Shown piece by piece: positions 47,848 through 60,878 of a stretch of 64,000 bases of DNA (positions within the stretch are counted from its first letter, which is position 1; the number at the start of each line of letters is the position of its first letter). The translations under genes and the position numbers were made by a program. The notes beneath the pieces were generated by a model. The model was not told where the DNA came from and ran no database searches. It saw only the letters and a program-made list of their open reading frames with translations. The stretch lies in the NCBI GenBank assembly GCA_965153285.1, contig OZ229116.1; one strand, 5' to 3'. The stretch is from Podarcis tiliguerta (lineage: Eukaryota).

Positions 47848-49884
47848 GGTGGGAAGCCTTCTTTCTATTCTATCTTTTTTTATTTTAGTCTTGCGTTGAT
47901 TGTATTATATTTCTGTATTCTATGAACTTCTGAAAGCTGCTTGGGGGACTTTTGGTCAATGGATGGTTTGGCCAATGGATGGCAAGCAAGCGACAGCACT
48001 GATGAGGAAGAAGAAGATCGGGGAAGCAGCTGGTGACCATGGTGGTGAGAAAAGCCAGTCTGGCGTTCCTGTTGGTGCATTTCTTCAGAGCTTACCATGA
48101 CTGTTGTCAGCTGTTGCTGTTTTCCAGCTGAAATGACAGCCATGCATCTACCCATTTCTAGCTCAGTATTGCTCATCTTTCCATGCATGTATAAGGAAGA
48201 TGCTCCTCCCATGCTTCTAGAAAAGCTCCACCCACCATTTGCCAGTTTCTGCTAATGCACCTGGCTCAAATGCATATTTCATTCAGTTTTCCTGGAACAT
48301 AATGTCTGGCTCATGTTTCCTGGGTTCTTTTCTCAACTGCTTGTGTATAATTAAACACTAAGCTCTTGGGGACATCCATTTATTTGAAAAGGTCCTTTGA
48401 GGGGTACATTGTTTCTGGTAGCGACCAACTGAAGAAACATTCTGGAACATTTTTCTCATCCAGTCCAAGATTCTAGTGTCTTCAATAACCACTTAGTAAT
48501 TAACACTAGAGCTATTTTTAAGCATTAAACCAAAGTGTGAATATTTGTAATATTTTTGGATGAAGAATCAAATGTATTTTCAAAAGATTTATGATCTGGG
48601 TACTTATTGTCATTTTAATGTGTACTGTACCTGAAGAGTTTATCTCAAGACACAAATGGATAAATCATTATTTCCCATCGAAACCTGTCACTGTGTATAA
48701 AAGAGCACTTATTTTAAAACAAGTTTTTAAATATTTGTGTCTCAAGGACGTATTTTCACAGACTGAAAATTCATGCTGATGTGTAGAGAATGTGCCAGCA
48801 GAACTGTATGGTTTCTACGTGCTTATCAAGGATGGATAGAAGGCAAACCTGGAGCAATTAATAAATGCACTTTCAGCAAATTAAATATCTGTACAGCTGC
48901 ACCCTCTGTTAACATTTAGCATGTTTTGCCGCCTGAGCACAACGAACACATTTAACCAGTACAGACCATCATTTCAAGCTGTGCGAAGTGCATTTACATG
49001 CACTTTCTACCCCCTCCTTTCTTGGGCTTATTTTTCTAACTCATCCTTACAAGTGCTTCCCTTCCCCCTTAATGTGTGTTTGTGTCTCCCTTCTTGTGAC
49101 ATTCCTTCTAACTATAAGTTTTTCTTAATTGGCAGGTTTGCATTTGCGTTTCCTAGGTTGCATGACCCCTTGTTTCTCATTCTGCAGTGTCAGGAAACAG
49201 AAATGTCATTGTTGATTAGGGGCCTGAACCCTCTGGTCCTCCTTTTCATACAGTAGGCAGGCTTGTTCTGTACATACTTTAGCTGCAGGGTCAGCCTTAG
49301 GGGAACTCTAAACAAGTGTCCACTTGGGACACCAAATGGAAGGGGCACGGATAGGGGCAAGTATTCTTTGAGCTCATTTGTCTCCCACCAAAAGTCACTT
49401 CTGTCCCTTTAAATGTAAAATGTCTGCCGGTGTTGCCCATACAGATGCAGTTTTGTGCCTCTGGCTTACTACACATGGCACATCAGTAACGTTAATAGCA
49501 TCACTGCCAAACATCGTGACACAGAGAGGTTCTTCGCCTAACACCTTTCCTCTGTACTGAAGTGTTAAAGCTTCATTTTTTATTCAAAATAAAAAAAAGC
49601 CCTCCACAAACCCCCCTCTGTTAGGCAACTCTGACCCTGTTTGGTTTGCTGTTATCTCCTCTCGCTTCAGGCGCATCGGAACTATAAAGATGGCCCTGAA
49701 AACCTGAGGTAGACCACTTAGATGCTGGATGTGTAGAGAGACAGCGGCCAAGTGCACAGAGATAATGTTCCATGTTGTGTGGAAATCTCAGCTGCCTTCA
49801 CATTTATGGCACACATAGCACACACACCCACACACCCAAAAAGAGAATAAAGGGGACAAAAATATACCTAGAGGATATGGCAAT

Positions 49885-50380
49885 TAAAGAAGCAATACTA
49901 ACCTCACTTGCCTGGAAGTAAACCCCAGTGAATTCAGCAAGAATTCCTTCTGAGGGGACATGGTTAGGATTGTGCTGTAAGACTACAATGCTAAACATTT
50001 ACCTGGGACATTTACCCCACTGAATTCAGGACGAATTACCTTTGAGTAGGCAGTAGAGTGGCCATGTGTCCTCATTTACAGAAGGCAGTCCCTATTTGTA
50101 ATTGAACTCTATTTGAAGGGGTTTCCAATTGAAATATGAGGCACCTGGAAAGCAGACTGAGCAGGCACAGAGGCTACACCTTGTCATTGCCTCCCATGCC
50201 ATGGTTGATACACAGTGTGTTTTTATTTAAATTATAGTAATCCTATCAAAGTTCAGGTTCATATATTAATTAGCATATGCAAATTGTATGCAGATTAGTG
50301 TCCTGGTTTGGGTTATGCTTTTATTGGGGCATGGGAGGACATATGAGTAGCCACTCTAGTCGACATAGGATTGTGTCTTA
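49885..50380. mobile_element. Two tandem short palindromic repeats, the second interrupted by a hAT-like MITE (50054-50358)
   Basis: CAAT.CTAA..ACCCCA.TGAATTCAG..TAGGATTG units; MITE TIRs TAGAGTGGC..TGTCCTC / GAGGACA..GCCACTCTA. Confidence 0.65.
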
Positions 50381-50522
50381 GGTAAGAAGAGCATGCTGAA
50401 ATGCATGAAGACAACACTTTTCTTAAGGATGGTGATAGAGGAGGATTATTCAAGTATCAGGATAGCAAAATGAGGTACAGGAAGGCAGGACTGGTTGATG
50501 AAGAATAACTTAACTATAGCAA

Positions 50523-50888
50523 GTCGGGGAGGGGAATGTCCAGTAGCAGCTTAGAGACCAACTAAGTTTGTTCTGGGTTTCGTGTGCATGCACACTTATT
50601 CAGAGCTGCATGAAATGGAAGTCCATCAACCTCACAATTTTTTATTAATTTTTATTAATTTTGACTGTGTCAGACCAACACAGCTACCTACCTGAATCTA
50701 GAATCATGGAAGGCACCTCATTGAGCCACATGAAATGGAAGTCCATCAACCTCAGGTATCGGAAGAGGTGTGCATGCACACAAAAGCTTATACCCAGAAC
50801 AAACTTAGTTGGTCTCTAAGATGCTACTGGACAATTTTTTAAAAAAAAAAAATTATTTCAAATGCATCAGACCAACACGGCTACCTAC
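50523..50888. mobile_element. Penelope-like element remnant with inverted pseudo-LTR segments
   Basis: ~42-bp inverted repeat 50537-50578 / 50792-50833, internal direct duplications, flanking direct repeat CTTAACTATAGCAA (50509-50522, 50889-50902). Confidence 0.7.
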
Positions 50889-53800
50889 CTTAACTATAGC
50901 AAATGAGCTTGTGTGAAGCTGAAAGAAGAAGAACGTGTTTATTTAGCCATGTCTGCTATTTTAAAGGACAAAGAAACAGAAGATTTTTTTTTTAAAATGC
51001 AGACACCGTTAATGATATTACAAATAGGCATTGCTGTTCAGAATCAAGTTACAAAATGTCCCTCAAGGGAAAACACAGCAAATGAAAAACATTTGTGCTC
51101 TTTGAAAAGATAACAAGCAAGAGAGGGTCATATTTGTACCTCACATACTAATCAAGCCTCTCAGAAAGCAGGGAAGAGAGATACGGGAAGAGGTGCTCTC
51201 CAAGCGTTCATCATCATTTGGAATGAAACAGGATGGGGGAGCTTCTGCTTCACTGCTTGTTATCTGATGGCGGACCATTTCCCTTCCTCAAGATTCAATG
51301 TCTAATCTCAGCCTGTGGTTCACTGGTGTTGTGTCTGTGGTGTGCCAGTTAAAAAATGGAGTGCTACGAGAAAAAGCATCCCCCCCCCCAATTTCCTAAG
51401 GCCAACGAAATGGTCTGTCTAGAATTGTGCTACTTCCTCACAAAATGAAACCCCTCAATATTAGGTTGTGTATAGCCCCCCACCCCTGTCAGCACAGGGT
51501 CCCTGAACTGTGCTATCCTGGGGAACATCTCCCCAAATCCAGAACATCTCCCCAGATCCAGACCTGGGGTAAGGCTAATATTAATTAAGGTTTTTAAACC
51601 CTAATTGTACATATAGTTATGAGGGATGTGGGAGAAGGAGAAGTTGCATCTCACGCCCCTTTCTTAGCCATACTGCAAGCAGAAGGTTTCAACCTTGCTC
51701 GGCACTGCTTCACAAGTGCCTTCCTTGTGTGGAAGGTGCTTGTGAAGGAGCCACCAGCAACCTTTCATTCATTCAGCGCACCATCTCACCAGTGGTCTTT
51801 AGTCTCTCAACCTTCTCAGGTGCACTACACTTAAAGCCCTGGAGTGACATCTTGTAGTAACTACTCCCATTGGACTTCTTTCATATTGGGAAGTGTGAGT
51901 AGTTAGGGAGGCTCCTGAGAACTGCACAATGATCAGGTAAACTCAAAAGTCTGCATTCATGAAGTTTAAAGAAATCATGAGAATGAGGCAGAAAAATGGA
52001 GACATCTTTCTCAGGAGCAGATTTCAACACCACAGCCTTAGTCTCAGTGAAAGTTATTGTAACCTTGTTCCCAATGATCCATCAATGTTATCAGCCCTCT
52101 GTTGTACAACATGTAGCACTGAAAACTTCCTGTCAAATTGTCATTAAAGATGCAAATACACTTTATGCAAGAGAAAAGCTATTAACCCTGGCATTCTTGC
52201 TGAATACAACATGGACTTTTGATTAGAACTTAATTTCTAACTAGGCACTAATTCCCCCTTTGACCACTTACAAGTTTCTGGCAGGAAAGGGTTTATTTAG
52301 AAGCAATGGTAGTGCTTTCATTTCACTCTAGTTAAAACTCTCTTGAGTTGAAAAATGATTTACAATCAATAGGACCATTTTGATGATGGGTAAAATGCAA
52401 ATAGGCAGAGCTGAAATAATGGTGGCTATATATAGGTCGCACATGGCCAACCTACAGTTACCTACAGTCTTTTTTGTATTCATTGGCTTTCTATTTCACT
52501 ATAAGAAAAAGCTACAATGCCTGCTACTTCATCAAATACCTCTCTCCAAATTACACAGTAGCCAGCAATCTGTCACTCTTAATGATATGCAAATATGTCT
52601 TTTTGACATATCCAGTGTCATACTGGGTGCTCCAATGATAGGTAAAACTCTCTTCCCTTTTGTTCTTACTACTCTTGTGGGGGGTGAGGTCCAGAGAGGG
52701 AAATATCCCTCACAATAAGCCTATTTCTAAATGGGGACTTGAAAGCAGTGATCAAGTTCCTGATAATTCCTTTATGGATAGGATAAGATGAAACCTTAGT
52801 GACTATTGTTCCTCTGTAGTAGGGACGGAGCAAAACTTTGATTTAGTTTGCATTTAACAATGACTTTACCAAATTTGCATGTTCCAAAACAATATGTGAA
52901 TTACAATGCAGCCATTCTTGAAATTTTCACTTCTCTGAATTTTGCAATACAGTTCTCCAGCCAAGTATACTCGGTTAAGTGTGCAAAACAATACATATCT
53001 TCATAAAAATAGCATACAAAATGCATTATATTAGAGAAGGTATCTTCAATTATTGCAGACCCACTTTTAAGCCAAACATGCATTTGAGGACCCATTTTTA
53101 AAAAATATTTTACCGTATATTTACATGTTGGTAGTGCTCTACTTGTGACCCACCTTGGATCAGGTAGTGTCCCACTAGTTGGTCCCAATGCACTAGTGGA
53201 AGACCAATGTATTAGGACAAATTGCTTTTCAAAGCTGCGTATATTAGAGAGAAATTCCCACTGAAATGCTTATGAATTTTCATGATTTATTTTTTTTAAA
53301 TCACAAACTAATATGGAGATATAATGAAGTGAACTTAAACAGGAGAAACAGAGAGAAAGTGAAAGTGAAAGTGAAAGGCTTTGCCCATCCCTACCCTGGA
53401 GACAGGGAAATGCAGAGATCTTACGTGGGAAAGGAATAATCATTGCCAAGGAAGGCATTCCAGAATTAAGGGGTCTGCTGCCACTCTGTGGAGCTTCCTG
53501 GCCCTATTCCTTTTTCTCCTTCCTGTTCAGGTATGAAAACCATGACAAGAGTGAGGAGATGAAACAGCATTCTCTGCTTCCTTTGTTCTTTCCTTCTTTT
53601 TATCTTGGTCTGGTTGGACATTAGCACACGCTGGCCCCAGACAGTCTGAAAATGAATGGACAGAAAAGTGGAACCCGTAAATATTTGTAGTGGTGGTCCA
53701 TGGGTGGTCCCTAGGCAAAGGGCCCCCCAAAACCTGGAGCTAGAGCAGCTTGCACCTTATACCACAGTTGATACCTGTTCCCTTGGCGACTCTCTGATGG

Positions 53801-54329
53801 GTGAGCCCAGCATTGACATTTCTGCAGCTGCTATTTCTGGGAGAATTTTTACAATACACCTGACTAGTTTGTCAATCTACGTTCCCCCCACCACCACCCT
53901 TTCCTTACCCCAATCTATATCTTCTTATGGTTGACAGTCTCTTTGCAAAGTTTCCAAACCAAACACGAAGGCTCTAAAGTATATTTTATGTGAAAATAAC
54001 AACTCACAAAAGGTTCCTACTGGAAATCTCTCTGATGAAATTTCACAGTGGCATACAGAGGATGTGAGTGGTTTGAAGCTCAGGAAAGTAATGGCGTTGG
54101 GAAGGAGAGAGAAAATCGGGTGATGCAAGTCACTGGATTGGAAAAACTGAAGCTGAAAAGTAACTTTTTTCTGGCAGAAAGAAGTTGCTCTTGAAAGTTG
54201 GGAATAAACAATAGGGAGTGATGTCCTCTATCTATGCCCTCTGCTGTAATACAATCCTGAAACATTCAAAAGTAAACATTGTCAATACAAGATGCTGAAC
54301 TTAGAGGAGTGTTAGTTTCACCTAATAAA

Positions 54330-54742
54330 GCTATTTTGATATTTAATTATTCATTGTAACACTCTGGAGGAAAATTGGTATTTGAGATGTTTTCTTTCAA
54401 GAAAATCAAATTTTGGGTTTTGCATTATCACAGTTTCTGTTGCAACAGAGATTATAAACCAAGGCTGAAACCTTGATGTTTGTAGCTGAATTTGTACCCC
54501 ATATAATACTTCCCATGGAAATCTCGAGAATGTTGACCAATGTTTATCATCCTCAATCTGCCCACCCCCCTGTCCGCTGTTCCTTGCCTGCAGAACATTA
54601 CACATCCCCACACTGTCAGTTCTAACATTTTTTCATGCCATTCATCTAGGCCAGTTGAAGTCGTGGCCTTCCAGGGCCTGAGTATTAACCTCTTGATTGC
54701 CACAAGTGCCCTACGATGCCACCAATTGTATCTATCTGTCAA
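54330..54742 (-). mobile_element. Degenerate L1/Tx1-type ORF2 C-terminus and 3' region
   Basis: Minus-strand peptide ALVAIKRLILRPWK..GLDEWHEKM resembles the vertebrate L1 C-terminal A(K/R)xxIxxxWK..W motif. Confidence 0.55.
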
Positions 54743-56514
54743 CAGCCCTTAAATATGGCATATAGCCAAGAATAGCAGTAGCAGGAGATATATTTCTGAG
54801 CATTCTAGAGACTTGTTAAGTGATCTGACCACCTGTGGCAAGTGAGAATTGTACATGGGTGACCAGGCAGGGAAGCTCTTCCTAACTGGATTAAATTGGA
54901 ACTCCATTTCCTGGAAAGATTTGAGTGTCATTTGCAATGGTGGGCCATACTTTAAACTGAGGAAGTCCACTTCATGGACCCCTTATATTAGAAAATCAGC
55001 AGTACTACTAGAAAGAGTTGGTCTCTTTAAGCATCTAGGCTACTAATGCACTAGAAATGGCAAACACATGTATGTACAGAAAAGTGGGCTACTAAAAATA
55101 CTTATGGAACAGTAACTTTCAAAGTTGACATATACAACATCAAACTAGGACAACGGAGAGCTCTCTGAATTATGAGTGTTATATTTTAAAGAGAGGATGG
55201 TATGACATGTTTTCATTGCTCCACAAATATATATATATAAATGGTACTTGGTGAAATGAAATGTACCTTTTAAATGGTACTTGGATCTCAAGGTGTCCTT
55301 TGTGAGCACTTTTCATTCCCATTGCTTGGGAATGGAGATGCCCATATCTTATTTTAATTTTTGCTTGTTTGGTTTTGCAATACAGCCCTGCTGTAGACTC
55401 ATGATCTCCTTATCCTGCTGCACCCATCATGGCGTACCACATGCCATTTAAGGGGGTTTATTGACGCTTGGAAATTACTTGGTGGAGGGGAGGGCACAGG
55501 CTGACTTTTTGAAGAGCACAGGCTTGTCAAAGCTTACAAACAGAAAATAATTCTTGCAGAAAGGGGTTTTCAATTTATATTTCTTGGTAAATATTTTCTA
55601 ACAACAGCAGCAGGGCAGAGTGCAACAGCAGATTAACCACTGGCCAGTCACACTGTTCAGGATAGAAGGTGGGAAGCAGTTGTTGTTTTTAAATTGCAAT
55701 GTCAGTTCCACACTAGTGTTGTTGAGGGGTCTGAGGATATGGCCATTTGGGGGATACAATGCTTATGGTACCCCAATGCCCCCATGTCGGGGCTTTCCAC
55801 TGGCTACTGCCAGCAGAACAGCAGGCAGTGCTGACCCATCTCCAAGACTGAGACTTCTGCTGTGGCGGAGCTCCCCACTAGTGGTGCTCCATTCCACCAC
55901 CTGAGAGTGATAGAGAGTGATGATATCCTAAGCCCCCAAGCACCATCATTAGCGGGTTAGGGATGCACTCTAAAGGGCCAATGTAAATAAAGCCACATTG
56001 CATTTGTGGTAAGTAACCTGCAGTCCCACGAAAGTGGTCACAGCAATGCCCAGCGTCTAGCACACAGATAGGGTCACTAAGAGAAGCTTAGAGTATTCAA
56101 TTGCCTTAAACACAATTAACTGTGATGTATCATGGCCAGTGTATTATCATAGTTTATGCCAACATTAAGTATTAAATCTGAGCACAAAAGAAGAAGAGAC
56201 TTCCAAAAGGAATTCAGTGCGTACCGTATGTGTGCTGAATACTGGAGGTGAGAGAAAAGTGATTCATATCTTAGCAAGAAGTAATAGGTTTAAAATTCTG
56301 GAGAAGTGAGACTGGTTAAATGTTCCTCTGCTTGGAAAGAGTTCAAAGGACTTCTGCTCCTAATTTTCTGAAATGATTAGCCTCCTTTGGCACCAAGAAG
56401 TAAGCATTCCAATTATCAGTATTTGGCTCAAACTGTACAAGTTATACAACTTCTTTGAGTCATAATGAGGCCTTTTGGGGCCTCATTACCTGTGCTAGGT
56501 ACCTCAAAACTCAC

Positions 56515-56678
56515 TGGCCTCAATTGCATGTAATGCAAAGCCACGGTTTAGCATTGGCCAGCAGCTTAACCATGGTTTGCTATTCACAAACATACCATGG
56601 TCGTAAGCCGTAGTTCATTGTAAGTTTATAAACCTTAGCTTACATTAGCCATGGCTAAGCATCATGTGTGAACCTGGC
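56515..56678. repeat. Old palindromic DNA-transposon-like repeat with recurring AACCATGGTT-type units
   Basis: AAGCCACGGTTT, TAACCATGGTTT, TACCATGGT, TAGCCATGGCTA; related motif near 26320. Confidence 0.5.
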
Positions 56679-57710
56679 ACCTGTATGACAGCTGCATCCA
56701 TGTGAGTGTTGACCACCTACAGCACTGGGACAGAGCAAAGCTGGCACGGACTGAAGCTGGCTTATTGTGCCTTTGTCACTTTTACATTTCCATTCAATAG
56801 CAAGTGAAGTTGACTCCTCTGTCTGACAGGTTGCGTCAGATACAGATGTAGATGCCACATCATAGTAAGATTATTAACACCCACCTGTGCTTGTCTATGT
56901 AAACTACCCTTAGAAGCATTTCTAAGTAGAAATAGAAGGGGGGGGGGAGTATGTAGAAAGGCTAATTAAAAATGCCTGAATAAAAGCAATAACAAGCAAC
57001 CAACAGCTATTAAGTAACTGTCATTCAACTGAATGAGGAGCTATGCTTTGGTCAAGCCGCTTATGCATCCATCTTGGAAAGAATACGAGACTTGGATCTC
57101 ATATAATTTGTGTTACAGATCATTCATGTTTTAAAGAATTGGAACTCAACTTTATTGATTTCTATCCCACCCTGCTATTTGCTAGTCAGATTCATAGCTG
57201 TCTCACCACCGTCTCTCAGACACGTAAAACATCCTCTCTAATCTTAACTGATGGACCCAATTACAAAGGTAAGATAACTCTATTATTAAGAAGAACTCTA
57301 ATATAATAAATCAAGCTATAAATAACCTTAAAGGACTCTTCTACACAGAGCTGTACTTAACATATGCTTTATTAAGTAGAGTTTATAAATTATACAACCT
57401 TTCTCTCCAATTCACGGCATTTCTATTCCATGGTAAGAGCCCTATTTCAAACAATACTATAATGTCAAACCAATCAAAAAACCTCTTGAAATGGAAGGCA
57501 TTATATATTTCATAGATATTGCATTCAAATTCCCCTTACCGCTTTAAATTTTAATTGCCTTGAGAATGTTCAATAACTCACATACTCCACGCTATATTTT
57601 TTATTTCTAGATTTCCTCCCCATGAAATAGTTTCAATAGCTGCTAAATATTATTTATCTTTCCAAAGACACATTTTCTTCTTTAAAATATGCCAATTAAG
57701 CTTTCGGAAA

Positions 57711-57746
<36 letters not shown>

Positions 57747-57770
57747 GACACACACACACACAGAGACACA
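57711..57770. repeat. Compound (TC)n(AC)n microsatellite
   Basis: Directly visible. Confidence 0.9.
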
Positions 57771-59879
57771 GAGTCCCCCTTGTTCTTAAATTTTGAAGGC
57801 AGCACTGACTGAAAATTTGATAGTAACAACTGGCAGAACCTCCCTGTGAATTATCCTTGTAAAAATTCAGAAATCATCATGTTCAATTTTAATATGGGGG
57901 GTATTGTTAGATGGATAGGTTTGAACATTCTGTTTCTCTCAAAACATGAGTTACATATATCTGATCCTGTTTGATGTATGTAAAAAGTACAATGTAATCT
58001 CAACAGGTTATGTTGCTTAATATATAAGTTACTAGATATGTACTGAAAGCATTAGTCATTGCTACCTATTCTTCCTTGTAAGTCCTAAATATATAATAGG
58101 CTAACAGTGCAAACCTATTCATGTGCACTCAGAAGTAGGAACCGCTGAGTTCAACAGGACTTAGTAAGTGTCTCTTGAGTTGCAGCTGTAAATTAGTTCC
58201 CATTTATACTCCTTTTAGCTGCTAGGATGTCACAGAATGTTCATGGACATTCCAACTCTGAGGGGATGGGGTTAGTTTCTTTAAAAAAATGAATATTTAC
58301 TTGGGTTACAAAAGTACATACATCGTCTTTATTTTCAGATCATAAGGTCCTTTCTACAGATCATTTGCTGTGAGACTTTAATGTTGTATACAGTATCAGG
58401 TTGGGGGAGAAGAGAGGTGGGGAGAGGTGGCAGGAGGTTGGCACCCGCAATATACAAAATACTGCTCCAGAAACCCACAGACCCCTTCATCTCAATCGAA
58501 AAGCAATGGGAGCATGACAGAGGCTACAATATAAACCCTACCCAATAATCTAAACTGTGGCTTAAACCTCCCTTTAAATCCATCTCAGCCAAAAGATGAG
58601 AATGGGGTTAGTTATAATAAACGTCAACAAATAGTGGATTAGATATGAAAAGTCCCATTTTGCTGGGGAGGGAATTTCTTGTGAGATCAAGGGTCAGCAT
58701 GTTGATTGAGGGCAATGCACTCATTTAAATATGGAGTCAGCTACTAGCTCCTAGTTCCTTGTACTTTATGAAAAGTCAAATGGGCAGCAATTCCACAAAA
58801 TGTTCCCCTTTCAAGAGCCAGAATTCTTACATAGGGCTACAGTCCCACAAAATATAGGCTGCTGAGAGCCACCAGAACTCTGGGAAAGGGGCATTTCAGG
58901 AGGGCTGGCACCAGTGTTGACTGGACTGAAATCCTCATCCCAGGGGTAGTGGCCTGCTGAATTCACACACTCAGTTTCTGATATTGCTTCAGTACTCTGT
59001 GAGACCAGTGGCACAAAGGTCAGCTGCATAAAGGAGCTTAGCTAGACATAATGAATGTGACACTTGCTTAAAATACAGTGAACGGAATACATAAAAACCC
59101 ACTTAGAGTCACCACATATCAATTTCTGAGCCCCTTTGTTCTCATGCTGCATACGGAATTGTAATGAAAAATACTTCAGTGGGGTTTTTGTTTTATAAAA
59201 AAAATCTACATATCGATTCAACATAAACATAATTTTGAAAAGTACAATTTTCTGGCTGGAATTTGGTGATTGTCTGAGATTTTTTAAAAAATCTAAATAA
59301 ATAAGCCAATTTTGTTTTGTTTTTTAGGAAAAAAATTAAGGAATAGTATTTTTCTTCAGAATTGGAATTTAAAATTAAGAAGCAGAGTGTGCTTACCTTG
59401 CAGTCATGGAGATTTCTTTTGTGATTCACAAGAACCAGGATCTCAAGAAGCCAATTAGGCTATTCTGTATATCTTTCAAACAGGAAGGCAAAGTGCTGGT
59501 AAAGTGGAAATGCCATGGTACCAATTCTAAAATTACCACAGCACTGCTGTGATTGATCTAATTCAAAGTACCGTTGAAAATAAACCTCTCAGACATTCTA
59601 GTGGCTCAAAATTATACCGTTCAGTATTGGCTTGTCTTTCTGATTACAACCTGCTAAAGGCAAGGGGTGGGCGTAGGGGAAGTAAAGAATTCTTAGTAGC
59701 AAGAATTCTCCTGCTGGTAGATATTGTGAGGAGAAGTGATTTTTCTTCTTTTTCTGGTATGGCCACTAGTAATATAAAAAGCTCACTGGGTCGCCTTGGG
59801 TCATTCATTCTTTATGTTGGGAGATTTTTATTTTTTTCTGGTGATGGTCCAGATTACCTTAGTCAACATCTGCCAATGT

Positions 59880-60590
59880 CCACATTCCAGAAACAGGCAG
59901 TAACAGAATCAAAAGTGGGCCAAGTTATGGGAATGACTCTTTCCTTTATTTAGTATGCTAGATATATTGTACAGAGTATTTTTCCACTAGATGTGAAAGG
60001 GCAGTGCAGTGATCGGTGGTAGATTTGCCTTGAAAGAATCCTATTTGTTTGGGTCTAAGGATCTTTTTGGAAGATCCTTTTTCCCCCAAGTGTCAGGCAT
60101 ACATCTTGCCAAGGACTGATAGAAGGCTTATTGGAAAGTAATTTTCAGGCAGCTTCAGGTCACCATTTTTGAATATGGGGGTAATGATGAAGTTTAGCCA
60201 GACATCTGGTAGTATTCTGAATTTGTCAATTAATGTAAATACGTTGGCTAGAGGAAGGGCCCACTAGTCTGGATTGTGCTTGAAGAGTTCCCCAGGTATC
60301 CTGTCTGGTCTTGGGTATTTATTTGGTTTTAGATTCTTGATTAATAAGAGTATTTCATCCAGTTCCACTGGGGTCTGGTAAGGAACATGTATGCAGCTGG
60401 GCCTATTTTGTGTGGCTAATGGTTTTGTTGGCTCTGTAAATATTGCAGAGTAATGGTTGAACCAGCTGGAATTGGGGACGGTAGTAGTTGTTTGGTTGCT
60501 TCTGTCTTGAAGGGCACCAGAAACTATCCTCCAGAATTCCTTGCTGTCCTTCGCTTGGATTGTCCTAAGTAGGTATTGCACACAGACATG
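59880..60590 (-). mobile_element. Degraded non-LTR retrotransposon RT N-terminal fragment (RTE/RTE-X-like)
   Basis: Minus-strand peptides EFWRIV, IKNLKPNKYPRPDRIPGELFK (KAPGPDG box), IITPIFK, ENYFPISLL and QIGFFQGKSTTDHC, with stops. Confidence 0.8.
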
Positions 60591-60666
60591 GTTTTGGGCT
60601 CATGGAGTAGAAGTAGGAGATGGAAGAGAGGGCTATGTATTTATTCAACCTACAACATTCCTCATA

Positions 60667-60878
60667 CAGTGGTACCTCGGGTTACAGATGCTTCAGGTGA
60701 CAGACTCCACTAACCCAGAAATAGTACCTCGGGTTAAGAACTTTGCTTCAGGATGAGAACAGAAATTGCACGGCAGCGAGAGGCCCCATTAGCTAAAGTG
60801 GTACCTCAGGTTAAGAACAGTTTCACGTTAAGAACGGACCTCCGGAACGAATTAAGTTCTTAGCCCGAGGTACCACTG
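60667..60878. mobile_element. Tc1/mariner-pogo (Tigger-like) MITE
   Basis: TIRs CAGTGGTACCTCGGG / CCCGAGGTACCACTG, TA on both sides; same family as 11267-11492. Confidence 0.95.
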
